From Tubulanus polymorphus (Eukaryota; Animalia; Nemertea), in the NCBI RefSeq assembly GCF_964204645.1, contig NC_134035.1, forward strand, positions 9,394,451 to 9,458,450: a DNA stretch of 64,000 bases. Direction: 5' to 3'. Shown here piece by piece: positions 25,823-38,456 of this stretch (the first letter of the stretch is position 1; the number at the start of each line of letters is the position of its first letter). The notes under the pieces are model-generated. The model was not told where the DNA came from, did not search any database, and was given only the letters and a program-made list of their open reading frames with translations. The position numbers and the translations under genes were made by a program.

Positions 25823-28341
25823 CAAACATTCGAGTTGATCGCGATCGAAAATAGCTTTGAATAATCCGGCGAGTCTCCTCCGGCGTAAACACACACGCGC
25901 GCTCGCTAACAGTGCGCCTCGATGACTGATGGACGGTTGTAGTAGCGCTGGGCGATGTCGTCGTCGTCGTCTAGCGAATTGCGTCTCAGTTGTTGTTATA
26001 CTTCGTGTACCTATTTCTCAACACCGCGTATACGTGACGCGGCTTAAGTAAAATCTCCTAACTAACCAGTAATGCAACCGCGACCACCGTTGCGCATTTG
26101 ATTTAGGCATTAGTTTAGTTCGAGTGCTTTACCGCGGGAATGTTGATAGATCGCTTTGAGCGCAGCTAAAACCACGTATCAACTCGAGGAGAAACTTGAA
26201 GAACGTATAGATTCCTAGCAGACGGTAGAATGCACTTGAGTCGTGTTTTATCGTAGAGTCAAGTGTTTAAAGCTGTGGATTACGTCCAATTAAATAGTTA
26301 CAGGTTACGATTAGAAACGTATTGAATGCTATCTGAAAAAAAATGGCTAGTTTGACTTCAAAATCAATCCAGAACGCGCGCAGAGGTCATGTTTTCTGGT
26401 TTTACCGGTGGCTGCAATCGATCGCTCCTCTCCCACAACCTATCATCGTCATCGTCATAATCATCATCATCAACATCGTCTTCATCAATAATAGAATCAA
26501 TTGAATAAATTAATCAGCTAAGTGGCTTGATCCATTTGGGGATGGGATGCGAAATGAGGTGGACGAATAATCGTCGCTTTCTATTTCATCGACGCAGGAA
26601 AGAATTTTTCATATTCATCTGGCTAAAAATAGATTAATTTCTGAAACTTTCCGACGTGGAAGGAATTTCCACGTCTGGGTCTGGAATGATTTTCTACGGT
26701 AGCGCACGATATTAGCTCATTATTGAGCTATGATGCGATCGCTAAAATCTCATTAAACAAAATATTTGCGTTCGTTCGATGCCCGGATGCCATTTGTCCG
26801 CAAATACGGATGTAATCGCGCTGTCGCGTGGAGTGCCGAGTCGATCAGGGATAGATATGATATCATTGCACCGATGTTGTTATGACGAGCCGTATATTAA
26901 TACTATTGGGTGCATCCCGCTAATGGTCGTCGAGTCAGACACACCGCGGACATACAGACAACAGGACTCAACTGGGGTAGATGATTAATTGTATATTAAT
27001 AGATTTTATCGCGGAAACCGCGTTCAAATGACATTAATACAAAAGTAACACGAGCGCGCGATTTGCGGAAAGGCGACAACCGGAAGTTCGCCTGCGTTCA
27101 CGTGTGACAAGGATTTGTTAAAAAACAAAACAAAACTGGAAGTACAATGAAAGCGGCCATATCACGTGACTGATCTTTTATTTCCGATCGCGTGCGCGCA
27201 AAGTTTTTCAGTTTTACAAAAAAGGACCGAGCGTCACTTAACACGTTCTAGCTCAAGTTCATTTGACAGAATGCGTAATGCGTGGGCCAGGTTTCACCGA
27301 GAAACTTAGTGTCCGAAGTACCACAGTTGGTTACACTAGGATCGTAGTGACGGAGATCTCTGTGGAGGCAACCACTGCCGGGACTGGGTGAAGCCAGACA
27401 AAGCTTAAAGGCCGCTGTCGAAAGCGCCTCGAGGTCTTGTTGCGTCATGTGCTTTTATCACGTGACCATCTATCAATGTGAGATTTATGAAAGTTCGAGA
27501 TTTACCCAAAATTAGAAATAAACGATTATCTTTTTTGGTAAAAGTCTCAAACATGGGCCGTCTAACAGACTATAATATAAGGTCACGTGTAAGATCTCTG
27601 TAATAATACTAAGCGGCCCTGAGCGAATTTTGATTGTCAGGAGTACATAACTCTAAATAGCTGACGAGACATTCCACGCGATTCTTAGGCGACGCAAGAA
27701 TTCGTTTTATTATCGGCAGCGTCGATTCCTTCGAGCGACGATGCTTAAAATTCTAAATTAGCTCGAGATTATTTTAGTCAATTTGCGACCCGCGTGTAAT
27801 GGGAAATTATTTCAATCACAATACGCCTTCCGCCGAACACGAAACGGCGAACTCTCGCCGCCAGGTAAGACGATAAATCGATTTCGAAATAATTCAGAAC
27901 GTCTCTTTCTCTGCGTCTCTGTCTGTGTCCTCAGCATCCGCGGGGTCCCATTACGGGACACTTTTATCGTCTGTAATACTTCGAAAAACCATTTACATCT
28001 GTAAACCCCGGAAATATCAGGGTCCAGAGTATTTACGGTCTATTTTGTGTCTCTATGCACCCACCAGGTCTCTCCGCTCTACGAGTCAGTTTCAAAGCGT
28101 TTAACGGGTTATCTAAATTTATAGCATTGTTTTGTGGGACCTTCTGCCCTTAAAAGTATAAGACGAAGTCCGTCAGTTCAGTTTTCAGAAGAATTTTAAA
28201 AACTTACTTTTTAGGAAAATTTAAAACTGCAATTCTGCAATTGATCTTAGTCACCTTTGAGAGGGGGGAGGCGGTGTAGCGATTTAGTACGACTTTTCGC
28301 AAGCTCATGCCATGCACGTCTATATGATAATACACCTGTTG

Positions 28342-28449
28342 GGTCCAGTTCCACAGTTCTGAGTTAAGATTTAACTCTGAGTTAACTCATCGGAAATGAA
28401 CTAACTTTAACTCAGAGTTAACACTAACTCACAACTGTGGAACTGGGCC
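28342..28449. mobile_element. PIF/Harbinger-like palindromic MITE
   Basis: TIR GGTCCAGTTCCACAGTT / AACTGTGGAACTGGGCC, internal inverted TTAACTCTGAGTTAA motifs, flanks TTG/CTG. Confidence 0.8.
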
Positions 28450-28666
28450 CTGGTAGATGCGGATAGATGGATGCGGCGTGTATCGGCAAAATCCCAATCT
28501 CGCGTTCGATAAGTGTCGAATTCAGACACAGTACAAGCGATAATCTGGTTGTTACTCCCCGCCGCCGCCACCGCCGCCGAACGAACGTACGAACGAACAG
28601 CGTGCAAAACTTTATCTCTCTCTCTCTTCTGTCGTTTAAGGATTCCGCTGTTTCCTCCTACCGATC

Positions 28667-28680
28667 GTTGCCGTGGCAAC
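28667..28680. promoter_or_regulatory. RFX X-box-like palindrome
   Basis: GTTGCCGTGGCAAC, one base from the ideal GTTGCCATGGCAAC. Confidence 0.4.
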
Positions 28681-29116
28681 GACCGATGATGAAACAGGTG
28701 GGTTATCGAATGATTTTGTGAGTCTCAATTTATTTCTCGCAGATATCGAGGAGACGAGATGAAGCGCCTATAATTTCATCGTGATTATCTACGTCGAATC
28801 GTATAGTCGCCACGGGTGGCCTAAAAAAACTCGAGTCGAGTTTATGCCCCGGCGCTACTCACGCGGGCCGCCGAGGGTTTGCTGCTAATTTCGTGGTCGA
28901 GCGAAGCTGCCATTTCCATTGATTAATCGCGCTATAATTCATTCAATTATTTTGATTAACTTGTCGTTATTGCCTGGCGCGGTTTTTCTTGCCGGGTGGA
29001 GTTTCGCAGGCTGTGGAGTCAGCAGCCGTGCGGCAACGCATCGTCGTTACTAGAACTACTGCTCACTGTGTTCTATATCTGATCTCGAACTAGGAATGAC
29101 TGTCCTTCTTATTTTT

Positions 29117-29245
29117 TGATTGATTGATTGATTGATTGATTGAATTTGAATGGACTGGCTGCTAATTCGGTGTCCCTTACACACCCATTTCACCTGCCGG
29201 GACTGAAACAAGGGATTTGCTCGATTTTGAAACCGGAATGTGTGA
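29117..29245 (-). mobile_element. SINE/LINE 3' end with (ATCA)n tail
   Basis: (TGAT)n at 29117-29143 next to a segment similar to 50358-50430 (GTCCCTTA..ACCCA..CACCTGCCGGGA..GAAAC). Confidence 0.5.
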
Positions 29246-29518
29246 TCGGCGGTCGAATTTACGGAGTTTTTGTGTAAATCGAATTACATAGTTGGAAATT
29301 TCGATGGCATCAGGGCAAAACTATTTCGTTAATTTCTGTCCGAATCACGTGAAGTTCTCGCAATTCTTACATTAATTACAGCTATGAAATTAGTTCGATC
29401 GCCATCACGGCACCATCAAGTCAAGGGAGGTACTTTAAGCGCACATCACGAAAGGACATTAAATATCTAAACTACAAGGATGTCTGTATATAGGGCTACG
29501 GCCTTCTTTGCTTTCAAA

Positions 29519-29565
29519 TAATGATATGATATATGATATGATATGCGATGATATGATATGATATA
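29519..29565. repeat. (ATATG)n microsatellite
   Basis: About 8 imperfect units. Confidence 0.85.
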
Positions 29566-30224
29566 TAGAAATAAAAACTTCATGTTCGCATTAGTACGAT
29601 GGATGATTATCTCTTCTTCCTGTAGTCGCAATAACAATTTTCCCTATTTTCTTTTTTTACAAAAACGCAGCGCGCAGTCCATTGCTTCTTCCATTACTCC
29701 CAGTGTTGGTCGATATAATACGTATATTGCTAAAGGCTTCGATCGATACTAAACAGATGGAACCATTATGACATAGTAAGATACTTTGATGAAACCAATA
29801 TCCACATCTAAAATCTAAAAGGTTCATCCACCGCACGTAAAGCTTTACCCAGCAGCTAGAAAATATGTTGAAGACGCGAAGTAGATGTCATTGAGACCTT
29901 AGCTACTATATCAACTGGACCATAAGCCTTCTATCACTGAAGCCTTTGGCCCGTGCCGAGGGGTTTCGGGGGTAGCGAACGGACCCCCTAAAATGTGCCC
30001 ATAAAAGTCGGCGTAAAAAATTCGGGTCAAGATTTTTCGAAATTTGGAAACAATTTTTTCGAAAATGAAAACTTGTCCATTCTAAGATGATCTTTTGAGG
30101 TACTCAAATAGTCATATTCAAGATCTGCCCTTTTTGATAGGAAAGTGAAAAAGGACTCTTTTTCTTGAAATCGAACTGAGCAGAAATCGAGAGCAGCTTA
30201 TGAACGTCCATCACGTATCCCCCT

Positions 30225-30700
30225 AATCACTAATTATTATCATTACTCTATCATGTATTGGCATCAGATTTGTGTTACATGTACAATATATACGATGTAT
30301 TTCAAACGCTGTGCTTTGTACAAAGTTACTGTGAAATGGAATGAATGAAGAATTAACGAACTCGATTGCCAGACGACGGACTGATCTATTCTCTAGGATG
30401 ATGTAAAATAAGGCTTTAATCCTCAATGTTATGCAATGATTTTGATGAAATATTATATTTTAATGCCCTCGCATAATCAAGTATAGAAGATTTATCATCT
30501 TGGTGGATTTTCCGATATACTAGAATACCGGATGTTTGTCTGCATTTTAGAAAAAAACAGAAACATTCTGGAATTCTGAGCTTTCTGTCAAGTGTCACTT
30601 CTGGACATGTATGGAAAAGTTGGATAATAACGTGGCATTTCTGGCACGCAAAAAATGATGGAGATTGAGTGTCATATGTTTTTTAAATTTGGCCTGAATC
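30225..30700 (-). mobile_element. decayed LINE APE-endonuclease relic
   Basis: RIPECFCF..KCRQTSGILVYRK and later MIIISD*GD resemble IPGY..., SGGILVYxK and IxxGDFN; CpG-poor relative to flanks. Confidence 0.4.
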
Positions 30701-32216
30701 AGCCACCATAGATATTAGCGATTAACACGGTATCAATGATATATCTTGTCCGAACTAAGAGCATATTCGTAATCGCAGGCAATTATTGTAATGAAGCCAT
30801 TAACTGATAGGTTATTTAAGCAGAACTGACTGGAGGAAGGGTTGATTGATTCTAAGCGTTTGAACTCGATTGATCGATTAGAAACTTTTAACTTTACGAA
30901 GACCTCCTACCTTCCGTTGTTGTTGCGCTGGTAATACGAACTGGTCATATCGAATATTTGAAACTCCTAGTCTAGGGCTTGATAATCCTAGTAATTTTTT
31001 TTTTTAGAAAAAAATCTTAATCCCGTTGTTGTTAGTATATTGTGTTCATCCTGCTATAGTGCACGAAGCTTCGTTTCCGCGTTTGACTCATCTTCAACTC
31101 AGGCATCTTAAAGATGATACCGTTTAAATATAACTTACACACGGCTTACTATGCGTCGGATGCGTTCAAATAGCGAGGGATTAGAATCGGCAATAGAATA
31201 ACAAAGTTTTATGAAACTGCGAGGTGACGATTCGTTTGTTCAAGTTGTTTGATGATGATGTTTTGAAGAAGAGAGACACGAAAACAATAACCGTTGATAA
31301 ATTCGAGTAAGCGCCGCATCAACACACGATATAAGCGTGACGATAATGAAAAACGACGATATCGATGAGAAAGATACCGTCATTAAGCCGATTATTTAAT
31401 AAGAAATTATAATTCTCATTTGAATATTCATGTTTAGCCATCAACGTCACCGCATAGAAACGACCGACCAACTCGGCGCGAAGCGTGCAGAAAGAAACGG
31501 CTGTATGACAACACCCGTATTACGACCCGAAGCCCAATCAATATTGATGTTGTTTCTGATGCAATGAACGTAAAAATAACAACTGATATTTCAGCAGCGA
31601 TAACTCTTACCGCTTCAGTGAATGAATATTTTCAATTAAAAAACTGACTCGTCACATTTTATCATAAACTTATCAGAGCGGCGTTGGTTTTATCATCACG
31701 AATGCTCTCATTCGCGAATTTGCAAGTTAAACTCGATAGAAACTTTTCGTAGTTCGGAAAACATTCTTTTATCTTCGCGATTCAGCGATCGCGTATGTCA
31801 AGACGTCGTGCGTCGAGTAGGATAAGCCGGTGACGAGTTTATTATATTAAAAATCAAACGCCGCGTCTGAAGTCTGTCTAGATGTCAACTCCAGGCGCGC
31901 GCGGGCGCCAGCCACGCGTGATCTCAAATTCGCCGAGACATGAAAATAGAACATACGGGCGTGGAACGTTTTCAGACGCGTCGATTATAATCGATCGAAT
32001 TCGTGCTGATTCTGTCGAACGCTTTTCGGGATTCAACGAACCAATCGTTTACTTTTTCCGTAATCAGTTCGCCGATCTGTAGACATTTTTAGATTATTTC
32101 AGTGTCTATAAAATTAATTGCTATTACTATAGAAATACTCATAATCTATTTTACTTAGATTCATTTCATTTTTTTTGTAATGTGATTAACTATTAATCTT
32201 CTCACTCGTAAGTTTT

Positions 32217-32257
32217 CACCTGATGAAGCTTCTATTCATTAGAAGCGAAAGCTCGTG
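32217..32257 (+). ncRNA. minimal type-I hammerhead ribozyme (family B), apparently intact
   Basis: CAC-CTGATGA-A-GCTTCTA-ttcat-TAGAAGC-GAAA-GC-TC^GTG: full core, 7-bp stem II, palindromic AGCT at stem III, 3-bp stem I, AATAAA downstream. Confidence 0.75.
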
Positions 32258-32447
32258 CGTCAAATAAATAGCTATACAGTACTACTCGTCTCGTTACTGA
32301 TTTTAAACCTGGTTAACACGGCTACTCTACGAATATTCTACTCACTTGGTAATTGGTTATCATAACACTTATATTAATTTGTTTGTAAATCACTCAGTTC
32401 TAGTGTCAATCTGCCATAAATACCGTTGTTTTTTCATTGAATATACT

Positions 32448-32560
32448 CACCTGATGAAGCTGCTACGAAAGCTCGCGCGTCAAATCATGGACTCTTCGTT
32501 TTAGAGTCCACGATAAACAAACTAGTTAACCTATATATACTACTACTCGTCTCGTTGTAC
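32448..32560 (+). mobile_element. second tandem family B hammerhead copy (stem II collapsed) with micro-palindrome insertion
   Basis: CAC-CTGATGA-A-GCTGCTAC-GAAA-GC-TC-GCG, then CATGGACTCT..AGAGTCCACG (32486-32512), then TACTACTCGTCTCGTT as in the first copy. Confidence 0.65.
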
Positions 32561-33085
32561 TCATACTATAGAAATAGATGGTAACAGGGCTGTATCTACA
32601 ATTTAAATTTTTTTTGGGGGACAAAGCCACCCGAAAAAGGGCAGTTCTATAGGACATAACAATAATACATATATCCATCCTATTCGTATCTGAAATGTGT
32701 GGCACTCGACGTTGAAATTCGATTTTCAACCTGATGTACGAAAAAAGATAAGGTTTTAAATTCTTTTCAAACGAGCAAAAGAAACGTCGCTCTCTATTTC
32801 CTGGGGATCGATTTTTGTTTTGTTTTCCGAATATATCAGAAACGGCGGTAGGAGATGACTCGACGCCGCCGTGCGCGACTCGGGCTAGAAACTCAATAAC
32901 AATCACAGCGTCATCAGATATTTTAGAAGAGACGCCAGATCTGTTAGCTCGTTCGGATTGTAACGAGATTACGTTTCGATGAAATCTCGTTAGCGTTAAA
33001 TGTTTTCGAAGACGATTTTACGAGAAAATTGCCTTCGTCGATATCATATTATTTCGAAGAAATGCAGATCAGATTGCTAACTTAC

Positions 33086-33111
33086 CTGGTGAGATACTTG
33101 TCGGCGCTCAT
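33086..33111 (-). CDS. candidate alternative first coding exon (MSADKYLT+2 nt, phase 2)
   Basis: gccATGAGCGCCGACAAGTATCTCACCAG|GTAAGT: good start context and a perfect donor. Confidence 0.5.
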
Positions 33112-33203
33112 GGCTTCGGCCGTACGGTATATTATTTCAAGATGACGTTCGATTTAGATATGAACCAAACGAAAACTCCGCCTCGAAAAACGAAAGCGGT
33201 TGT

Positions 33204-33380
33204 TCACCATTGATAAAACACTATATCCGTGTTGAAACGATGATATAACGAGAATCCCACAATAAAGACGAGAAAATGATAGAGTAGTTTCAAGTCGAAA
33301 CGTTGAATAAACTACCAGCTCAAGGAAACATGTTCGGACTTCATTATTTTCTCGTCTTTATTGTGGGATTCTCGTTATAT
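33204..33380. mobile_element. Penelope-like family A relic, head-to-head inverted pair
   Basis: 33204-33279 is the reverse complement of the family 3' part; 33293-33380 is forward from AGTCGAAACGTTGAATAAA. Confidence 0.7.
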
Positions 33381-34347
33381 TAGCGAAATTGGTTGCTTAT
33401 TTTCGAACACGACTGGTGGGTGGTAACCGAAGTCAAATTGATAAAATACGCTGGCGTTTTTGCGAAGACTATCCGCGCGTAGTAAAACACACATCAGAAA
33501 AAAAACATCCCTCATCCGCTCTCTATCACAACCGGTGATGATTTATCAATGTCAATTATCAACATAATCCGGTAGCGAAATATACTAAACCAGCATCGTA
33601 CGAAAACATGGCTATCGCTGCGTCATCTCATCCTAACAACAAATTAGCAGCGCGTTGTATCGTATCAACTTTTGGAATCGGAGTTATATCGAGTTTACAG
33701 ACGAAAGTGGCTTATAAGTTAGAATTCTCGTTCGGAACGACGAATTTCCGCCATCGACACATCTACGACACAGCAGCCGGTCGATTGTATATGTATATAT
33801 ATATATATATATATATACCCCACGAGAAAGTTATATAGCGCCTAATATATAATACAACGACCGAAATCAGAGACTGAAGAAATTGATGCCGATCTGACGG
33901 ATCTGCACCGACGCAAGTCTAAGCGCGGCGGTTAATATTCCCGATTCCTGGTTGACAGTTCTTGACAAGGCGGTAAACACTAGCATTATGGATATCGCAG
34001 AGTTTAACTGTTAATATATATTAAGTATCACAAATAGGCATTATACGTGATTACATGTTTCTGTCATGGCTCGTATCGACTATCGCCAATTTGTCAAACA
34101 TGATAGATTTATGTGTACTGCACGTTCGTTTCAGGATATCTCATAACTCGTGATATTGTCAATAAAACCAACTCGGGATGAGTTAGGTACATTTCTCTTT
34201 TCGTTAAGGCTTATGCGCTGGGAGTTTATAGCGATGGGTTTATAATCAGAGGAAGTTGATTAATTTAACTGGACATGACTGTAGAGGAACATTTACGCTC
34301 ATCGCCGTGCAGGGAATCGAACCTGATCACATCCCTAGAATCGTGGT

Positions 34348-34495
34348 GGAGTAGAGACAATCCCACAATAATAACGAAAAAAAAATCCGATAATGTAACT
34401 GAAGCTGGTAGTTTATTCAACGTTTATTCAATATATCCTTATAGTCATCTTCAGGAATGAATTATTCCTGAAGATGACTATTAGGATATAGTATT
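34348..34495. mobile_element. Penelope-like family A relic, two hammerhead 5' halves head-to-head
   Basis: ATAGTCATCTTCAGGAAT-gaatt-ATTCCTGAAGATGACTAT, a perfect 18-bp inverted repeat at 34441-34481. Confidence 0.7.
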
Positions 34496-36568
34496 TCATG
34501 AATCGTAATCGCGGTGGAGTCTTGCGCCACGTAACCAGATTCGAAGCCTTTATACGGAGAATGAATCGCGGTCGTTCGAATATTATTTGGTATCAAGGCT
34601 ACGCTTATGTCGTGTACCGGTGTCTGACGGAATATTCATAGGTTTCCAGTTAATTTGCAGTTTTCAATCAAATGATATTTGCTTCTTTCAGGTATTGTTA
34701 TAACCGACGACGCCGATCGAAACCGTGGGTACGAATACGTTTCACCAATAACAACAAATGTGCGTTCATCAACTGCGTGCATCCTCGTATCACGCACAGT
34801 GACGACAGCGGCGCGTCGATATCTTCAAGCGTCAAACGAAATGTGCAGTCACGTTTTCCCCTCGTTTGTACAATAATTATAAGCACTTGACTTGATTTGA
34901 AAATGGGAAATGTTTTTAGTTAAGGAGAAGAGCTTGCGCGCGAGATTTTTAAGATTTTTTTTAGAAATGTCTTCCAGCAGTCAACGCTATTAAGGTCACC
35001 AAACACATAAGAAGGGCTGCCGTGCATGCAATTGGTCCCGGGTAGATAATCTCCACGAACGAGGAATTTTGTTACGACTTTCTAGAGGTACTAAGACAAC
35101 ACTAACTTTACGCGCGATTGCGTTTTACGATGCCATCAAGTTCGTTACCCTGCGAGAGAGGATGAGGAGCAAAAACAAGACAGTTGGCCTGTATTTCATA
35201 TATTTCCGAATGCAAAGCTTCGAAATTGTTACTCGTGAAAATATCTTATGAAACATTATGAGTATTCTATATATCTGTCGCGGCAGTTTGGTCGTGTCGG
35301 CGATGACGGCGTGAAAATATGTAGATTTATACACAAAGCTAATTTCATATTGTCTCTCGGAGTCAGTCAGCGATCGGAATTCAATATAGAATCCTTTGAA
35401 GGTTCGCTAGGCGTATTAGGGATAGACAAGGCCGGCGCTGATGAGGTCTAGTCCCCTGGTGAAAATGTATTGATGGGAAATATCAATTGCGGGTATTGAA
35501 ATGCTGAGTAATTCAATTCGACAAAAGTTCACCGCGCGTAGTTCGACTACTCGGCTATAGACCGTCTAATGGACATACTACATTTCGACGAACGCTGACG
35601 ATGCCTCTTAAAGTCAGTGTGAAGGTTGAGAGTGTTTCTCAAAGAGGGGGAGAAATATATAGATATCGACACAAAATGGTTCAGTGATCGATTAATCAAA
35701 GACCATCTACAAACAAAATGAAATATATAGAATAATATTTCAGTTTGAAAATTTTGTATTTATGAGACATTATTTCTAAGTCAGTTTCGAAATAGAGAAT
35801 TTTTTACCGTTAAAATAACATGTTTTATTTGATTATTATTCAGTGATTTCTTTTTTGTTATGAGATTTCCCCGGAGATTAATGCAGTATTTTTTCTATAA
35901 AAATCCTCTTATTCCTGTCTCAACGGAGAGATTCAGAGATGATTTAGATAATTTGTTCGAGGTAAGCAAAAATTCGACCAATCGGTGAAGAAACTGACGT
36001 AAGTTAAGACCATGAATGAATGATTCAGATCGAAAACAAGTGTTATTGCATCGATGCTCAGCGACCAAATCGGATTGAAAAAAACATCCATCTTTACTTT
36101 TTTCCATTTTTCGTAAACTGCGTTTCCAATAACGGGCAAATAATGATCTTTTCTAGCTGCGCATATCCGGCAGTGGACAAAAAAGCCGTACTCGTCCGAA
36201 ATTAGAACTGTATTTTTTGCAGATCGCCAAAGTAGAACTGGATTAGACATGCGGGCCACTCGCTTCGCCATCAATTTCGCCTGTTACATTACCGACGTTT
36301 TTGCCGATGATGAACGAGCGCTGAAATAGCGGCTGCAATACGCCGCGTAACGAGCGACTCTGTTCGGTGGTTGCTGGTGGTAGTTTGATTAATAAATTGT
36401 CGCACAAGTAGATGATACAGAATCTGGTCAAACTTCGTCATATACTCGCGCGCGCGGTCGCCTACGATGTAATGAATCGCGGCGATAATGTATGAATGTA
36501 AGTCAATATGAAATTGTAAATGTCATTTCAGCCGCGCTGTATGCATCGACGTAAAAACAATTCATTAC

Positions 36569-36765
36569 GTCGCGTCTGTGCGGAGCCCCGGAGGTGACAT
36601 GGTGAAAAATGAATATTTTTCTTTCATGGGAACGAAGTCTTTTTTCGTTCGAACGTTTTTAGTCGATTTTAATGACAATTCCCACCGACCCCGGAATCCA
36701 TGCAAGTGGTCGAACAGATTCCCCAAAGAGATCAAAGCCATTTTGCAGTCATTCATCGATTCCAT
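36569..36765 (-). CDS. weak candidate first coding exon (MESMNDCK...MSPPGLRTDA+2 nt, phase 2)
   Basis: gtcATGG start (and an internal accATG), 197 nt open, moderate donor AC|GTAATG. Confidence 0.25.
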
Positions 36766-37104
36766 GACTACCTGATATCCATTAGTCCCACGAAAAGATT
36801 ATTTCGTTCCAACCAAAAACTTTTGGTTACCACGAAAAAGAAAATATAGATTTGTCACCCGCGGGGCTACGTATGTCTGCTGTTATTGGGATTAGGGAGA
36901 AGTTTGTAATTGTTTATCTCGCGTGGAAAGCACGAAAAACCTGTTGATGAATCATTCGTTTGTTTCGGATTAGGCTTCATTATAAAAGGCGTTTGGAAAC
37001 TTAGCAAGATAGAATAGAATAGTAAACTCCATATTTTTTATTTACCAATCAATTAATTTGAAATAAAAAGAGTTTATGAAGTAGATATTTTTTGTTATTA
37101 TTTA

Positions 37105-37522
37105 GGCCTTTTTCAAATTACTTGGAGTAAAGACCCGGCTCCCAGAATACTGCAACAAATCATCAAATTGAAAAAAAAGATTCTTAGTCCTCCTTCGCGT
37201 TTTCATCTTTTTGTTATATCCATCTTGATTTTTCAATCTAGTAACTTGTAAAATCTATTTTCAAAATTGATTAATTTCATGATTTGCAAAAAAGTTAGTT
37301 TTTTTAATTCTCCCATTATTTGAAACAAATACATACAGTTTTCACTCTTTTTTTGTTTTTTTTTTCTGAAGTCCTTCCTAGGTTGTATGAGGAAAACACT
37401 CAAAAAGTAAAAGAAAATTTATTTTCATTTTTCCTGTTCCCTTCCATTTTAAAACACCGATTGAAAATGTTTTTCATTTCTATTTTCTTCCCTTCGCCCT
37501 CTCCAAGTAATTTAAAAAGGCC
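37105..37522. mobile_element. AT-rich MITE with TTA TSD (Zator- or Harbinger-like)
   Basis: TIR GGCCTTTTTCAAATTACTTGGAG / CTCCAAGTAATTTAAAAAGGCC, TTA on both sides. Confidence 0.8.
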
Positions 37523-37526
37523 TTAA

Positions 37527-37562
37527 CCTCGTGTTAATATACTTAAGTATATTAACGCGAGG
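37527..37562. repeat. 36-bp palindrome
   Basis: CCTCGTGTTAATATACTTAAGTATATTAACGCGAGG, one mismatch, no loop. Confidence 0.85.
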
Positions 37563-37683
37563 AAATGAAATATTATGATTTTAAAGATCCTTTTTTTTTA
37601 TCAAAAGCTCAACAACAGACATTTGCAGAAACATCGGTACCAATTGTTTCATGAGACGCGTGTAAATCGAATTAAAATCTTAC

Positions 37684-37703
37684 CTTTCCAGAACAGGCTG
37701 CAT
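37684..37703 (-). CDS. candidate alternative first coding exon (MQPVLE+2 nt, phase 2)
   Basis: aaaATGCAGCCTGTTCTGGAAAG|GTAAGA. Confidence 0.5.
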
Positions 37704-38456
37704 TTTAATCCACGAATTAATAGGCAGAACAGATTAAGAGATTAAGCGGAGTATGGCTTTCCTTGCTTGTCGTAGTTAACGACGAAAGGCATTCCGCGTT
37801 TACTACCAATTGCGCGCTGCGTACAAATGTACTAAAATGACAGCACGGATTTCGAGTTGGGTCGATGTATCATTATCGCCACACGGTGAAGTCCGACCAA
37901 CAAGTCCCAAACCGCGCAACCGTAGTTTATTCGCTGTCGACTGCTCCGCGGTATCGGTAACTCTTCATACGGATTGTTTGTCTTTTAATCGCCAAAGCGC
38001 GGAAAAGTGAGGCCGTTTTAAAACGTACTACGTCGAATGGCTCGATGTCTGAATTAATGAAGAGTTCTTATCACCCATCACGCCTCTTCCCCGGGATTCA
38101 TAATGTAATTATGCAATTTGAAATTATAATTTACGTTGACAGGAACGGTAGCGCAAGAGTGGGCCTCGCGGGAAGGTTTTTCAATTTTCTTCGCGAAATG
38201 CAGTGATATTTCGTTAATCAATTTCACACTTCAGCGGCGGTACCCCGTTCAAAAGGGTTAACCGATCCCGTTTCAAAACCAAGGTCAAACGTCGTTACGT
38301 GACGCAAGCCTCGCGATGTTGCAGCTACGGAGTATCGGCTTAAGGCGTTTCGACGTGTGTCTCCGAGTGCTACTATGGCAATCGAGGATCCACCTAGTGG
38401 CGCTAGTATAGTCGGTCTTCTGCGCGTAAGCCGAATGGCATCAGACCACAATTAGG

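Noticed and set aside
33080-33100. Resemblance to the U1 snRNA 5' end (ACTTACCTGG)
   Set aside because: No further U1 sequence; a perfect minus-strand donor is complementary to U1 by definition.
35438-35470. Other CTGATGA occurrences (also ~18284, ~50652, ~63194)
   Set aside because: No properly closed stem II, or no GAAA-NN-TH plus stem I pairing.
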